DNA from: a virus | Virus record (IMG/VR): IMGVR_UViG_3300040809_001127 | Span: 5,977-69,976 of that record | Direction: 5' to 3' (one strand) | DNA: 64,000 nt | Part shown: positions 9,245-19,169 of the stretch, piece by piece | How positions within the stretch are numbered: position 1 is the first letter of the stretch | Layout of the letters: every line of letters starts with the position of its first letter | The notes under the pieces: generated by a model | The model's database searches: none | Told to the model about the DNA's origin: nothing | The model's input: only the letters and a program-made list of their open reading frames with translations | Made by a program: the position numbers and the translations under genes

Positions 9245-10294
9245 ATGAGCGTATTAAAAAGAAATAAAAAGTCACATTTAGAAAGAAACATGTTTTTCGA
9301 TCAAGGCGTAGATATCGCTCGATATGATCAAGTAAAATTTCCAGCAATTGAAAAAATTACTGATAAGCAGCTGGGTTTCTTTTGGAGACCTGAAGAGGTT
9401 GATGTAACTAAAGACAAAAAAGATTTTAACGAGTTAACAGAACACGAAAAGCATATCTTTACGAGTAATCTAAAAAGACAAATTCTATTAGATTCTGTAC
9501 AAGGACGTGCTCCTAACTTAGCGTTTCTTCCTATTGTGTCTCTACCTGAAGTAGAAACTTGGATTGAAACTTGGTCATTCTTTGAAACAATTCATAGTAG
9601 ATCTTATACACATATTATCAGAAATATCTATCCTGATCCAGGCTCTGTTTTCGATAACATGCTTGATATAAAAGAAATTGCAAATTGTGGTACTGACATC
9701 GCAAAATATTATGACGATTTGATTGATAATCCTACAAAAGAAAATCTTTATATGTGTCTGATGTGCGCTAATGCACTGGAAGGCATTAGGTTTTATGTAT
9801 CGTTTGCATGTAGTTGGGCGTTTGCAGAGCTTAAAAAGATGGAAGGTAATGCTAAGATTATCAAGTTTATTGCAAGAGATGAGAATACACATTTAGCTGC
9901 TTCTACTTCTATGATTAAATCATTGTGGAAAGAAGGCGATGAATGGACTAAAATGCATGCAAAGAAAGAACAAGAAATAGTAGACCTATTTGTAAATGTG
10001 ATTGAACAAGAAAAACAATGGGCCGAATATCTTTTTAAAAATGGATCGATGATTGGACTTAACGAGACAATTCTAAAAGAATATATAGAATGGATTGGCT
10101 GTAAAAGAATGAGAGCAGTTGGTCTACCTTGTCCATATACGATTCCAAAAATGAATCCATTACCTTGGACAGAAAAGTGGATTACTGGGGGAAGTGTACA
10201 AGTTGCTCCACAAGAAACAGAAATTACTTCCTATGTAGTTGGTGGAGTAAAACAAGATGTGTCTGAAGATACATTAAGTGGATTAAGCTTATAA
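9245..10294 (+). CDS. nrdB: Ribonucleotide reductase class Ia beta subunit
   Basis: FFWRPEEVD, LDSVQGR, FETIHSRSY (radical Tyr), EGIRFYVSF, RDENTH, VAPQETEITSY. Confidence 0.97.
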   Translation: MSVLKRNKKSHLERNMFFDQGVDIARYDQVKFPAIEKITDKQLGFFWRPEEVDVTKDKKDFNELTEHEKHIFTSNLKRQILLDSVQGRAPNLAFLPIVSLPEVETWIETWSFFETIHSRSYTHIIRNIYPDPGSVFDNMLDIKEIANCGTDIAKYYDDLIDNPTKENLYMCLMCANALEGIRFYVSFACSWAFAELKKMEGNAKIIKFIARDENTHLAASTSMIKSLWKEGDEWTKMHAKKEQEIVDLFVNVIEQEKQWAEYLFKNGSMIGLNETILKEYIEWIGCKRMRAVGLPCPYTIPKMNPLPWTEKWITGGSVQVAPQETEITSYVVGGVKQDVSEDTLSGLSL

Positions 10295-10494
10295 TGCCAA
10301 CACAACTTAAATTTAATTTTGATAAGCCGCGAGATTGTACTCCAAAAGAACAAAAAGAGTGGATTGGCGGTGAACTTAAATATTGGGCTGATGTACAAGG
10401 AAAACTTATTATAGGTCTCTCTATTTTACAAGTAAGTTTAATAGGTTTTATGATAAGTATGATGTATATAATACAAAACATTTTAGGAGAATAA
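10294..10494 (+). CDS. Small membrane protein
   Basis: TAATG coupling; one hydrophobic segment. Confidence 0.5.
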   Translation: MPTQLKFNFDKPRDCTPKEQKEWIGGELKYWADVQGKLIIGLSILQVSLIGFMISMMYIIQNILGE

Positions 10495-10737
10495 ATGAAT
10501 ATAGATATTGAAATTTATGGTAAAGACCATTGTCCGTATTGCGATATGGCTGTGCAGCATGCACAAAATATTATTGCTAATAGAGGTGCTGGCAAATATG
10601 AATATAAAAAACTTGGAAAAGATTTTCAAAAAGAAGAACTATTTGAAAAGTTTCCAGGCGCAAGAACATTTCCACAAGTAAGAATTGATGGCCGGGCAAT
10701 TGGTGGATATACAGAATTTAAGGAAAAATATCAATGA
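10495..10737 (+). CDS. Glutaredoxin (T4 NrdC/NrdH-like)
   Basis: CPYC active site, TFPQV, IGGY; next to nrdAB. Confidence 0.92.
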   Translation: MNIDIEIYGKDHCPYCDMAVQHAQNIIANRGAGKYEYKKLGKDFQKEELFEKFPGARTFPQVRIDGRAIGGYTEFKEKYQ

Positions 10738-10868
10738 TCTTATCATGCGAATATTGTTACAATAGGTTTGTAATTAAAGCTGATGAGAAAGATGTAGAAA
10801 TAAATTTTTGTCCTCATTGTGGAGAACCACCTGAAGAAGAAATGCAAGAATTGGATTTCGATGAGTGA
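10734..10868 (+). CDS. 44-aa zinc-ribbon protein (not in ORF track)
   Basis: MILSCEYC...FCPHCGE; ATGA overlap with glutaredoxin stop, AAGGA RBS. Confidence 0.65.
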   Translation: MILSCEYCYNRFVIKADEKDVEINFCPHCGEPPEEEMQELDFDE

Positions 10869-11313
10869 TTGGATATATCAAGGCATGGCTTTTACGCCTG
10901 ACGAGCCTTTTACATACGAAAAATACGGCGACGATTGGTATGGTTTTGTTTATTGCATTACAAACAGAGCTACAAATCAAAAATACATCGGAAAGAAATT
11001 CTTTTGGAAATCCAAAACTTTACCGGTTACGAAAACACGTAAAAGAAGAAAACGTACACTGGTTGAATCTGACTGGAGAACATATTACGGGTCTAGCACG
11101 CATCTAAACGAAGATGTCAACTCTATGGGAAGCGACTTCTTTTATAGAGAAATAATACATTTGTGTAAAACTAAAGGAGAATGCGCATATATGGAAGCAA
11201 AAGAGCAGTTTGATAGAGATGTATTACTCACAGACGAATACTATAATGGTATTATTAATTGCAGAATCGGCGCAAAAAGTGTAAAAAACTTGTTTACAAA
11301 TGACCAAAAATAG
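10861..11313 (+). CDS. GIY-YIG endonuclease
   Basis: GFVYCITN...KYIGKK, WRTYYGSS, YYNGII; start taken as ATG 10861. Confidence 0.85.
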   Translation: MSDWIYQGMAFTPDEPFTYEKYGDDWYGFVYCITNRATNQKYIGKKFFWKSKTLPVTKTRKRRKRTLVESDWRTYYGSSTHLNEDVNSMGSDFFYREIIHLCKTKGECAYMEAKEQFDRDVLLTDEYYNGIINCRIGAKSVKNLFTNDQK

Positions 11314-11321
11314 ATTATAAT
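11293..11321 (+). promoter_or_regulatory. T4 early-like promoter
   Basis: (G)TTTACA-N17-TATAAT. Confidence 0.7.
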
Positions 11322-11331
11322 ATATACTATT

Positions 11332-11685
11332 ATGGCTAAAATATACAAGTTTCCTTCTGGGAAACTATTACAAGATACTACTGAGGATGATCAAATAGCT
11401 GAATTATCCGACGAATGTGTTTCTATAGCTCAGTTTTTAATGGAAGTAATGGAAACTGTAGTACAAAATGGTGATGCATCTGATTACTCAGATTTTGTTC
11501 ATATGAACTTTAGAGAAGAATCATTTGCTGAATCCCGTGACATGTTTGTTGTTGTAAATTTTTTAAATGCCATGTTTAACAGATATATTGGTATTCCACA
11601 TGTCTTGCATAAACAATTAGACAAACAATACGTAAATATTAACTATATTATTAACAAAAAAGCGAAGGAAGATGATATTACTTGA
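11332..11685 (+). CDS. Hypothetical protein
   Basis: ORF directly downstream of promoter. Confidence 0.6.
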   Translation: MAKIYKFPSGKLLQDTTEDDQIAELSDECVSIAQFLMEVMETVVQNGDASDYSDFVHMNFREESFAESRDMFVVVNFLNAMFNRYIGIPHVLHKQLDKQYVNINYIINKKAKEDDIT

Positions 11686-12529
11686 TTATAGTCAAATTGC
11701 AATAAGCAACATTATTGTACAAAAATTAAACGATGAAAGCATGATACGACATATGATACTTAATAGTATTAGAATGTATAACAAAAAGTATCGAAACGAG
11801 TACGGACAAATGGTAATCTGTGCTGATGGAATGAACACCTGGAGAAAAGAGTTTTATCCATATTACAAAGCATCACGTAAAAAAGGTCGTGATGAATCCT
11901 CTCAAGATTGGCATGAAATATTTAGAATCCTGCATCTCGTACGCGACGAAATTAAAGCAAATCTACCATACAAAGTATTACACATGGAAGGCATTGAGGC
12001 TGATGATATCATCGGTACTCTTACTATGCAAACACAAGAGTTTGGCAAACATGAACCAATCATGATTGTATCTTCAGACAAAGACTTTATTCAATTACAA
12101 AAGTTTTCTAATGTAAAACAGTTTAGCCCTATTCAGAAAAAAATGGTAACTGACTCTAATCCTCGTCAATATTTATGGAATCATATATTACGTGGAGATA
12201 GTGGTGATGGTATACCTAATGTACTTTCTGATGATGATACCTTTATCGAAGAAGGTAAGTCACAGTCTCCATTGAGACAACAAAAAATCGATACGTGGAT
12301 TGAGAATGCTGATAATCTCAAAGAGCATATGGATGAAACTACTTATCGTAATTTTCAAAGGAATAAAAAGTTAATCGATCTTACTGATATTCCTGAACAT
12401 TTGCAGCAGCTGATTATAAATACCTATGATGAACAATCACTTGCTCCAAAGATGAAAGTTTTGAACTATTTAATTAAGAAAAGATGTAATCAACTGATTG
12501 AAGTTGTGGAGGAATTTTATAATGTCTAG
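11672..12529 (+). CDS. rnh: T4-type RNase H (5'-3' exonuclease)
   Basis: MILLDYSQI, IRHMILNSIR, EADDIIGTL, SSDKDFIQLQ, GDSGDGIPNVLS. Confidence 0.92.
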   Translation: MILLDYSQIAISNIIVQKLNDESMIRHMILNSIRMYNKKYRNEYGQMVICADGMNTWRKEFYPYYKASRKKGRDESSQDWHEIFRILHLVRDEIKANLPYKVLHMEGIEADDIIGTLTMQTQEFGKHEPIMIVSSDKDFIQLQKFSNVKQFSPIQKKMVTDSNPRQYLWNHILRGDSGDGIPNVLSDDDTFIEEGKSQSPLRQQKIDTWIENADNLKEHMDETTYRNFQRNKKLIDLTDIPEHLQQLIINTYDEQSLAPKMKVLNYLIKKRCNQLIEVVEEFYNV

Positions 12530-12950
12530 CTTATTAATTCATGAAGTGTTAAAAAATGCTTCTAAACTAAAAACAAGAGAAGAAAGAATTGAGTACTTGC
12601 AAAAGAATCAAACTGTCGCTCTTAAAGATATTTTTCGTATAAATTTTGACGAAGATATTGTTTCACTATTACCTGCAGGAGAACCGCCTTATCAAGCTGA
12701 TGATGCGCCTGAAGGTTATCAATATACAACCCTCAATAAAGAATATACTAAATTTAAATTCTTTTTTAAAGGTCCTGTAGCTTTAGATACAGTAGCACCT
12801 AAGAGAGAAAGTATGTTTTTAAAACTTATAGAGTCTCTGCACTCTGGTGAAGCAAAAGTATTAATTCAAGCCAAAGATAAACGGCTTAAAGTAGCAGGTA
12901 TCACAAAGAAATTAGTGAGTGATGCCTTTCCTGGGTTAATTAAAGTATAG
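12522..12950 (+). CDS. Conserved hypothetical protein of T4-like phages
   Basis: GGAGG RBS; LPAGEPPY...KRESMFLKLIESLH..EAKVL motif; TATAAATA at 12415. Confidence 0.7.
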   Translation: MSSLLIHEVLKNASKLKTREERIEYLQKNQTVALKDIFRINFDEDIVSLLPAGEPPYQADDAPEGYQYTTLNKEYTKFKFFFKGPVALDTVAPKRESMFLKLIESLHSGEAKVLIQAKDKRLKVAGITKKLVSDAFPGLIKV

Positions 12951-13007
12951 GAGGTTAATAAGTAAATCCAGCCTTTGTTATGAAAATTTAACATTAGGAG
13001 ATTACTT

Positions 13008-13184
13008 ATGAGTATTACTCAAATTGAACGCCTCAGAAAAGATGTAAGAGAGGCTACTTTTTATCAAAAAAGATTGACAAAGAAAGGTAAACATACCTTA
13101 GCGTATAAAATGGAAAAGAAAATACAGTACATGTCAAATTTGTTAGATGACACAGTGGAGGAAATACTTAGGGAGACGCATTAG
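13008..13184 (+). CDS. 58-aa hypothetical protein (not in ORF track)
   Basis: AGGAG RBS; MSITQIERLRKD...ILRETH. Confidence 0.6.
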   Translation: MSITQIERLRKDVREATFYQKRLTKKGKHTLAYKMEKKIQYMSNLLDDTVEEILRETH

Positions 13185-13194
13185 CGTCTCCTTT
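13172..13194 (+). terminator. Hairpin, probable intrinsic terminator overlapping the next promoter
   Basis: GGAGACGC-ATTA-GCGTCTCC followed by TTT. Confidence 0.55.
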
Positions 13195-13220
13195 ACAAAT
13201 CATTGAAAATGTGGTATAAT
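13192..13220 (+). promoter_or_regulatory. T4 early-like promoter
   Basis: TTTACA-N17-TATAAT with extended TGTGG before the -10. Confidence 0.75.
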
Positions 13221-13227
13221 ATATATT

Positions 13228-13785
13228 ATGAATTTATTTATTTTAGACAATGACCCCGTAATCGCAGCGCAAAGCCAATGCGATATACATGTTAATAAAA
13301 TGATTGTTGAGTCTGGTCAAATGCTATCAACTGTTCATAGAATGCTTGATGGTACTATGGAACGTAGACTCTCAAAATCAGGCAAGGTTCGAGTTCAGTA
13401 CTGGAAACTTGCTGATGAAAGAGAAGATATACTTTACAAGGCATGCCATTTTAATCATCCTTGCACTATATGGACTCGTGAAAACTGTTGTAATTATAGT
13501 TGGCACTACAAACATTTTATTGCATTATGCGATGAATATACTTATCGTACTGGTAAAGTTCATATGACTTATGAAAAGCTTGGAAAGATTCTACAAAGAA
13601 AGCCAAACAATATACCACACGAAGATCAAATGACTCCATTCAAACTTGCAATGAAGTCAAATCCAGAATGTATGTTTGAATCAGCAGTCGATTCATATAG
13701 AGCGTTCTATCAAACAAAACAAAAACGATTTAAAATGAAGTGGACAAAGAGAGAAAAGCCACAATGGTTTAAATATGCAGTATAA
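13228..13785 (+). CDS. Pyrimidine-dimer DNA glycosylase-like protein (DenV/Pyr_excise family)
   Basis: MNLFILD..P..AAQ..CD.HVNKMIVESGQMLST, HFNHPCTIW, EYTYRTGKVH. Confidence 0.7.
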   Translation: MNLFILDNDPVIAAQSQCDIHVNKMIVESGQMLSTVHRMLDGTMERRLSKSGKVRVQYWKLADEREDILYKACHFNHPCTIWTRENCCNYSWHYKHFIALCDEYTYRTGKVHMTYEKLGKILQRKPNNIPHEDQMTPFKLAMKSNPECMFESAVDSYRAFYQTKQKRFKMKWTKREKPQWFKYAV

Positions 13786-14701
13786 AATTTATGAACATAG
13801 ATATACATTCAGAGGTAACTTTGCTTACGCTGCTGATTGTATTAGACACTCATTAGATTTAATGGGATATACACAAACTGAAGATTCAGATGCAGCAGAC
13901 TTGCATGTATACAATCATACATGTAGAGATTTAGAACCTGATATGCCTGAAAATTCTATTATATTTAAACCCACCGCTCCTACAAGTAAACACTTTTCTA
14001 TTGATAGGTTAGGTTATGCGAATAGTTCTTCGATCACATTTGAAGAACCTTTTGAATATGAATGGCGAAAAGAAGATCCTTTAGAGTGGAAAGAAATCAA
14101 TGACATGATTCAGCGTAGAGCTAATAAATGGGATGATTCCATTATGGCAAACTGGAAAGAAGCTGGTGAAGTCAAAAAAGATCATGTATTAATCATTGGC
14201 CAAATGCCTGAAGACGAAACAGTGAATGGTTTTTCTTTTGGCGATCATTGGAAAAAGTTTACAATGATTATCGATAAACTTAAAGATGAAAATCTTGTAA
14301 TTAAACTGCATCCAAATATTGGAAGAGCAAGTCATATTATTAAGAAAATTAATAAGCAAGTAGAACAATGGGAAGAGCTTGGTCATCAAGTAATTAGAGA
14401 TTATAAATCTATTCACGGTGTATTACCTTATACAAGAGTTGCTATACTTGAGAATAGTACTGCAGGTATTGAGTGTATGATGCATAATGTTCCTATTATT
14501 TCATATGGATATCCTGAATACCATTGGGTAACTTATGATTTAAGAATTCTTACAGAACTAAGAAATGTAGTACAGAATCTAGATTGGTTTGATGAAAAAA
14601 GATCTAGAAAATTCGTTGCATGGTATATAAATGATTATCTTTGTAGCGATATAGATACTACAACTAAAAGACTTACGGAAGTATTACATGGCAATTTATG
14701 A
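13775..14701 (+). CDS. KpsS/capsule-synthesis-like glycosyltransferase
   Basis: IIGQMPED, VIKLHP, ENSTAGIECMMHNVPIISYGYPEY motifs. Confidence 0.6.
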   Translation: MQYKIYEHRYTFRGNFAYAADCIRHSLDLMGYTQTEDSDAADLHVYNHTCRDLEPDMPENSIIFKPTAPTSKHFSIDRLGYANSSSITFEEPFEYEWRKEDPLEWKEINDMIQRRANKWDDSIMANWKEAGEVKKDHVLIIGQMPEDETVNGFSFGDHWKKFTMIIDKLKDENLVIKLHPNIGRASHIIKKINKQVEQWEELGHQVIRDYKSIHGVLPYTRVAILENSTAGIECMMHNVPIISYGYPEYHWVTYDLRILTELRNVVQNLDWFDEKRSRKFVAWYINDYLCSDIDTTTKRLTEVLHGNL

Positions 14702-14936
14702 TTTTAGAAATAAAACAACTGGTGAAATAACTGAAGTGTCAATGCCAATATCGCAATATGATCAGTTTATTAAAGACAATCCAGATTTAGAAAGATACTA
14801 TTCATCTGCTCCTGCAGTAAGTTATGCTGGAGGAACAAGCACGCTTCAAAGAGCTGGTGATGGTTGGAAAGATGTACAAAACAAAATTAAAAAAGGTTTA
14901 CCACCAAGACTTAGGGATAACATTAAAACAAAATGA
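14688..14936 (+). CDS. FmdB-like small protein lacking the zinc cysteines
   Basis: MAIYDFRNKTTGE N-terminus; position upstream of phoH. Confidence 0.55.
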   Translation: MAIYDFRNKTTGEITEVSMPISQYDQFIKDNPDLERYYSSAPAVSYAGGTSTLQRAGDGWKDVQNKIKKGLPPRLRDNIKTK

Positions 14937-15625
14937 ATGTACAAAGACCAAGTAGATTAAGACTTGAACATTTAAACACGTTAGATCTTCTTACTAAAAA
15001 TCAAGAATTTGCATATACTTCGTTTAGAGAAGGATATAATCTTGTATTAGATGGAGCAGCTGGAACTGGTAAAACATACTTAGGTTGTTACCTTGGTATC
15101 TCAGATGTTCTTGATAAAGAAAGCCCCAGGGATAAAGTAGTGATTGTAAGATCAGCACTACCTACAAGAGACATGGGTTATCTACCAGGATCTAAAGAAG
15201 AAAAAGAAGCTGCATATACTGATCCTTATGTTGCTCTTTTCAAAGATTTATTTTCTGATAAAGAGGCTTGGAGTAAACTGTTACAAGCAGGTAACGTTGA
15301 GTTTTTAACAACATCATTTATACGAGGATTGACAATTGATGACGCAGTGGTTATTATCGATGAAGCACAGAATTGTACCTTTCATGAGCTATGTAGTATT
15401 ATTACAAGACTGGGCACTACTTGCCGTATTATTATTTGCGGTGATTATTACCAATCTGATTTAAAAACTAAAGGCGATCAAAAAGGTATTTTAGATTTTA
15501 TTAACATTCTAAATCATATGAAGTATTTTGATCATATAGAATTTACATGGGAAGACATTGTAAGATCTGGTATGGTTCGTGACTTTATCATGACAAAGGA
15601 ACTAATTGACAAAGGCGAACTATGA
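14933..15625 (+). CDS. phoH: PhoH-family ATPase
   Basis: GAAGTGKT, RDMGYLPG, SFIRGLT, IIDEAQN, CGDYYQSD, DIVRSG. Confidence 0.93.
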   Translation: MNVQRPSRLRLEHLNTLDLLTKNQEFAYTSFREGYNLVLDGAAGTGKTYLGCYLGISDVLDKESPRDKVVIVRSALPTRDMGYLPGSKEEKEAAYTDPYVALFKDLFSDKEAWSKLLQAGNVEFLTTSFIRGLTIDDAVVIIDEAQNCTFHELCSIITRLGTTCRIIICGDYYQSDLKTKGDQKGILDFINILNHMKYFDHIEFTWEDIVRSGMVRDFIMTKELIDKGEL

Positions 15626-16296
15626 GATTTGAACATGAAGCAGTAGATCTTGGCTATAACGATCTAGTTGCAGTAACAGGTAAAAAAGGTAGACATTATG
15701 AAGATCCAGAAGGAAATAAGTATCCTTCGATTACAACTGTTCTATCGATTTTATCAGAAGATGCTATTGCTGCATGGAGAGCAAGAGTAGGAGAAGAAGA
15801 AGCAAATCGTATTTCTACTCAAGCGAGTACTCGTGGTACAAAGGTTCATAACATTATTGAAAAGTATCTACAAAATGATAATGACTTTTTAGAAGGCGAA
15901 ATGCCGCATAACGTTCAAACATTTAAAGATATACAACCCATCTTAGATGACTGTGTTACTAAGATCTATCAACAAGAAGCTCCACTATATTCTAAACATC
16001 TTGGAGTAGCTGGTAGAGTAGACTTAGTTGGTCAATGGAATGGAATAAATTCAATCATTGATTGGAAGACGTCACGTAAACTGAAGAAGAAAGAATGGAT
16101 TAAGTCTTACTTTATGCAATGCGCAGCGTATGCAATTATGTGGGAAGAAAGAACAGGCATGCCGATTAAACAATTGGTAGTTTGTATTGCAGGAGATGAA
16201 GGCCCTCAGGTTTTTATTGAAGATCGTGATAATTGGACTAAAGAATTAATTAATACAATTACTGAATATAAAAGGAGAAAATTTTTCCATGGCTAG
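15622..16296 (+). CDS. PD-(D/E)XK exonuclease
   Basis: YPSITTVL, RGTKVH, AGRVD, IIDWKTS, YFMQCAAYA. Confidence 0.88.
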   Translation: MRFEHEAVDLGYNDLVAVTGKKGRHYEDPEGNKYPSITTVLSILSEDAIAAWRARVGEEEANRISTQASTRGTKVHNIIEKYLQNDNDFLEGEMPHNVQTFKDIQPILDDCVTKIYQQEAPLYSKHLGVAGRVDLVGQWNGINSIIDWKTSRKLKKKEWIKSYFMQCAAYAIMWEERTGMPIKQLVVCIAGDEGPQVFIEDRDNWTKELINTITEYKRRKFFHG

Positions 16297-16501
16297 TAAC
16301 TATAAAGACGAGATCGTAAAGGTAACTAAACTTCATTTAGAAGGACATATTGAGAAGCATAGAATGAATGTTAAGATTCTATTAGGCTCTCATGTGGGAG
16401 TTGCTGAACATCCTGATCTCATGGAAACGATTGAAAAAGAACTTGCAATGATGGCTGATTACAGTGATAAGCTTGAAATGCTCGAAAAATATTTCAATTA
16501 A
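16289..16501 (+). CDS. Conserved small hypothetical protein
   Basis: AGGAG RBS; VGVAEHPDLMETIEKEL motif. Confidence 0.7.
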   Translation: MASNYKDEIVKVTKLHLEGHIEKHRMNVKILLGSHVGVAEHPDLMETIEKELAMMADYSDKLEMLEKYFN

Positions 16502-16515
16502 TTTCACAAAAACCG

Positions 16516-16544
16516 TTTACAAAGCTCCATTTATGTGTTATAAT
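16516..16544 (+). promoter_or_regulatory. T4 early-like promoter
   Basis: TTTCACAAAAACCG-TTTACA-N17-TATAAT. Confidence 0.8.
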
Positions 16545-16566
16545 AGTACTATAAATGGAGTAGAGA

Positions 16567-17160
16567 ATGAAGAAAATGAAAGATAATATAATCCTAGTAG
16601 ACTGCGATGGTGTCCTATGTGATTGGGCATATTCGTTTACTGCTTGGATGGAACATACTAAAAAGATACCAACCCTAGATTTCAATGAATATAATGTAGG
16701 AAAAAGATTTGGTATTACAATGCAAGAAGGTAGAAAGCTTGTAGCAGAATTTAATGATTCAGCGGCAATTGCTTTCTTACCACCATTAAGAGATGCAGTA
16801 TATTATGTCAAAAGACTCAATATGTTACATGGATATAGATTCCATTGTATCACATCTTTGAGTGATAACAAATACGCTCAAAGATTAAGAACTCAAAATC
16901 TAGAGTTACTCTTTGGTAAAGAGATTTTTGATGAGTTTGTATATCTACCTTGTGGTGCAGATAAAGATGAAGCTCTTGCAAAATATAAAGGCACTGAATG
17001 TTTTTGGGTAGAAGATAAACCTGAAAACGCAGAGGAAGGTCTCAAGAATGGACTTAATTCTATTCTTGTAGCTCACGACCACAATACTGATGCAGATCCA
17101 AATATCCCAAGATTTTGGAAATGGAAAGAAATTTATAAACATATAACCGGAGAAGTATAA
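16567..17160 (+). CDS. HAD-family 5'(3')-deoxyribonucleotidase-like protein
   Basis: DCDGVL, CITS, WVEDKPEN motifs. Confidence 0.8.
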   Translation: MKKMKDNIILVDCDGVLCDWAYSFTAWMEHTKKIPTLDFNEYNVGKRFGITMQEGRKLVAEFNDSAAIAFLPPLRDAVYYVKRLNMLHGYRFHCITSLSDNKYAQRLRTQNLELLFGKEIFDEFVYLPCGADKDEALAKYKGTECFWVEDKPENAEEGLKNGLNSILVAHDHNTDADPNIPRFWKWKEIYKHITGEV

Positions 17161-17172
17161 ATACTTTACTAA

Positions 17173-17316
17173 ATGGCAAAAACTAAAACAGGATTCGTTA
17201 GCACACATGTAGGTATTAAAAAAGGTACCTCCATTGGCAGACGTCCTAAGTCGATGTCAACAATGAATAAAGTTAAAAAGAGGAACTTTAAAAAATACCG
17301 TGGGCAAGGCAAGTAA
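17173..17316 (+). CDS. 47-aa very basic protein (not in ORF track)
   Basis: MAKTKTG...MNKVKKRNFKKYRGQGK. Confidence 0.6.
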   Translation: MAKTKTGFVSTHVGIKKGTSIGRRPKSMSTMNKVKKRNFKKYRGQGK

Positions 17317-17548
17317 AAACGATATTACAGGAGATTCTATTCAAAGTAAAACAACAAGTCAAGCATACTTGGATAACTATGATAGAATCTTCAACCAAAA
17401 AGTAAAACAAAAATCCATGACAGAACTTAACTGGGATGGAAATGAAGACAGAGGCAGATATGGAGAAGACGAAACGCAACAAAACGCGCTATCACAAGAT
17501 CTTGTTCGCGCAAGACACTCTGTATCGTCAAAAAGTAATCGCAAATAA
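17300..17548 (+). CDS. Hypothetical protein
   Basis: SKNDITGDSIQSK..SQAYLDNYDRIF motif seen in small phage proteins. Confidence 0.55.
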   Translation: MGKASKNDITGDSIQSKTTSQAYLDNYDRIFNQKVKQKSMTELNWDGNEDRGRYGEDETQQNALSQDLVRARHSVSSKSNRK

Positions 17549-17584
17549 AAAGAAAAAAATTCCCCGAGATCAAAAGAATAATCG

Positions 17585-17592
17585 TATAAATA
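17585..17592 (+). promoter_or_regulatory. T4-type late promoter
   Basis: Intergenic TATAAATA followed by GAGGA RBS and ATG 17611. Confidence 0.75.
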
Positions 17593-17610
17593 CTCATATA
17601 GAGGATTAAC

Positions 17611-17865
17611 ATGAGTATAGATATCGATCAATTTGATTTTGGATTTACTGCTGTTGACGAAAAAGAGTTAGATGCAGTCCAAAAATTAGAAACAACTTCA
17701 AGCAAAGCAGATGAGTTAGAAGATAAGTTAAATAAACTTTATAACTCAATTTTGCCGCTTTTAAGTAACCTTAAAAAGAATCCCGAAAAAGAATATATTC
17801 TTTGGCCGAATCGAACTGAAAAGATCGAAGAGTTCGAAGCGCATATTGCGAGGATTATTAAATGA
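17611..17865 (+). CDS. Conserved hypothetical protein
   Basis: FDFGFTAVDE...PLLSNLKKNPEKEYILWPNR. Confidence 0.7.
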   Translation: MSIDIDQFDFGFTAVDEKELDAVQKLETTSSKADELEDKLNKLYNSILPLLSNLKKNPEKEYILWPNRTEKIEEFEAHIARIIK

Positions 17866-19169
17866 CATTAATTTCAAGTGGGGCATTGGCATTAAAGGAC
17901 GCGGGAACTAATCCTACTTCTATTGTTCTTTTAGATACTGGGTATAATTCACTATCGTTTGGCTCTGATTTGACGTGGTTTCAAGCCCGATTAACAGTTG
18001 AATCAGAACCAGGATTTACTTTTTATGATGCAATTGAGGTTACTGATGGAACTGCTTATTATTACAGAAGAAGTACTAGTGCAGCTGCAAGAAAAACATA
18101 TGTAAATAATTTTTCAACTAGTGGTTATACATCTCCAATTCATCCAGAAGCTGTAGATAACATAGGGAATCCTCCTTATGGAAATTGGTATCCCTCATCC
18201 CTCTTAGCGCTTAATTCAAGTACTGCTTCTACAGTTGGAAGTTTAGGAACTAGTACATTTACAGACGCAAGTGGAGTATCAAGAACTATTAATGATATAG
18301 GTTATTTAAAAAATACATCTAATTTTTCTAGTACTCCGTGGTCTCAAAATTATGGTAATCAATTTTGGTTTTCTTTAGCTGGTAATGTCCCTAATTCGGA
18401 TAATACTTTTTATCAGCTTACAACTTACGATAATAGTGGCAATGGCCTTATTCATACACGTAGTGGAGCAGATTATTATTATGATGGGACTCAAAGTGTT
18501 TGGACTTGGTGGAATATTTCAGACGCAAATATGGATTTTGGTAATGTAGGGACTGCATCGACTAGAATTTATATCACTCGATCTAGTGCAGCAAGTTTTA
18601 ATAATGGCATATCGGAAGAAATGTCAGCTGGCACAGACACAAATCCTATTGAATTTAGTGATTATTATAAAGGTGGAATATATCACAATACTACTGGTAT
18701 ACCTACCTCTGGCCAAATGGCGTTTTCAGACTTTTATGGAAAAACTAGAGTGCCTTTAAATGTATACTCTAATTCTGGAACTTATGGTTATTCCGCTGGT
18801 GGCCAATATGTACCATCTTATAGCGGGTTTTTAACTGGATTTATAGGAAGCCTAAATGGCAATAGTTTTATTTTTCAAGGAACAACATCTAAGATTGTTT
18901 CTATTAATGTTTCATATACACAATTAAGTTTTGGTATACAAAACAATAGTGGCACAAGTAAACAATATAATAATTCGGGATGGACAACATTAAAAATTTG
19001 GTTAAACCAAACTAATAATTCTGGCACACCAGATAGAACATATTATAGAACAGCTGCTAATAGTACAAACTTCAGTGCCGCTTCAACCACCTCAACGGCA
19101 TATTGGTATTTTTCAAGTCAAGCTAATTTTCCTACATCTGGTGGCAATTGGTATATTGAGGTAGATTAA
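17862..19169 (+). CDS. Ser/Thr/Gly/aromatic-rich putative adhesin or fibre-tip protein
   Basis: Composition; FSDYYKGG...IPTSGQMAFSDFYG motif; downstream of late promoter. Confidence 0.5.
   Translation: MTLISSGALALKDAGTNPTSIVLLDTGYNSLSFGSDLTWFQARLTVESEPGFTFYDAIEVTDGTAYYYRRSTSAAARKTYVNNFSTSGYTSPIHPEAVDNIGNPPYGNWYPSSLLALNSSTASTVGSLGTSTFTDASGVSRTINDIGYLKNTSNFSSTPWSQNYGNQFWFSLAGNVPNSDNTFYQLTTYDNSGNGLIHTRSGADYYYDGTQSVWTWWNISDANMDFGNVGTASTRIYITRSSAASFNNGISEEMSAGTDTNPIEFSDYYKGGIYHNTTGIPTSGQMAFSDFYGKTRVPLNVYSNSGTYGYSAGGQYVPSYSGFLTGFIGSLNGNSFIFQGTTSKIVSINVSYTQLSFGIQNNSGTSKQYNNSGWTTLKIWLNQTNNSGTPDRTYYRTAANSTNFSAASTTSTAYWYFSSQANFPTSGGNWYIEVD

Noticed and set aside
6924-10294. Introns or inteins in nrdA/nrdB
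   Set aside because: Both ORFs are continuous and of normal length.
10861-11313. GIY-YIG gene as a mobile homing endonuclease
   Set aside because: Short, no evident C-terminal DNA-binding repeats, not in an intron; cannot be supported as mobile from sequence alone.
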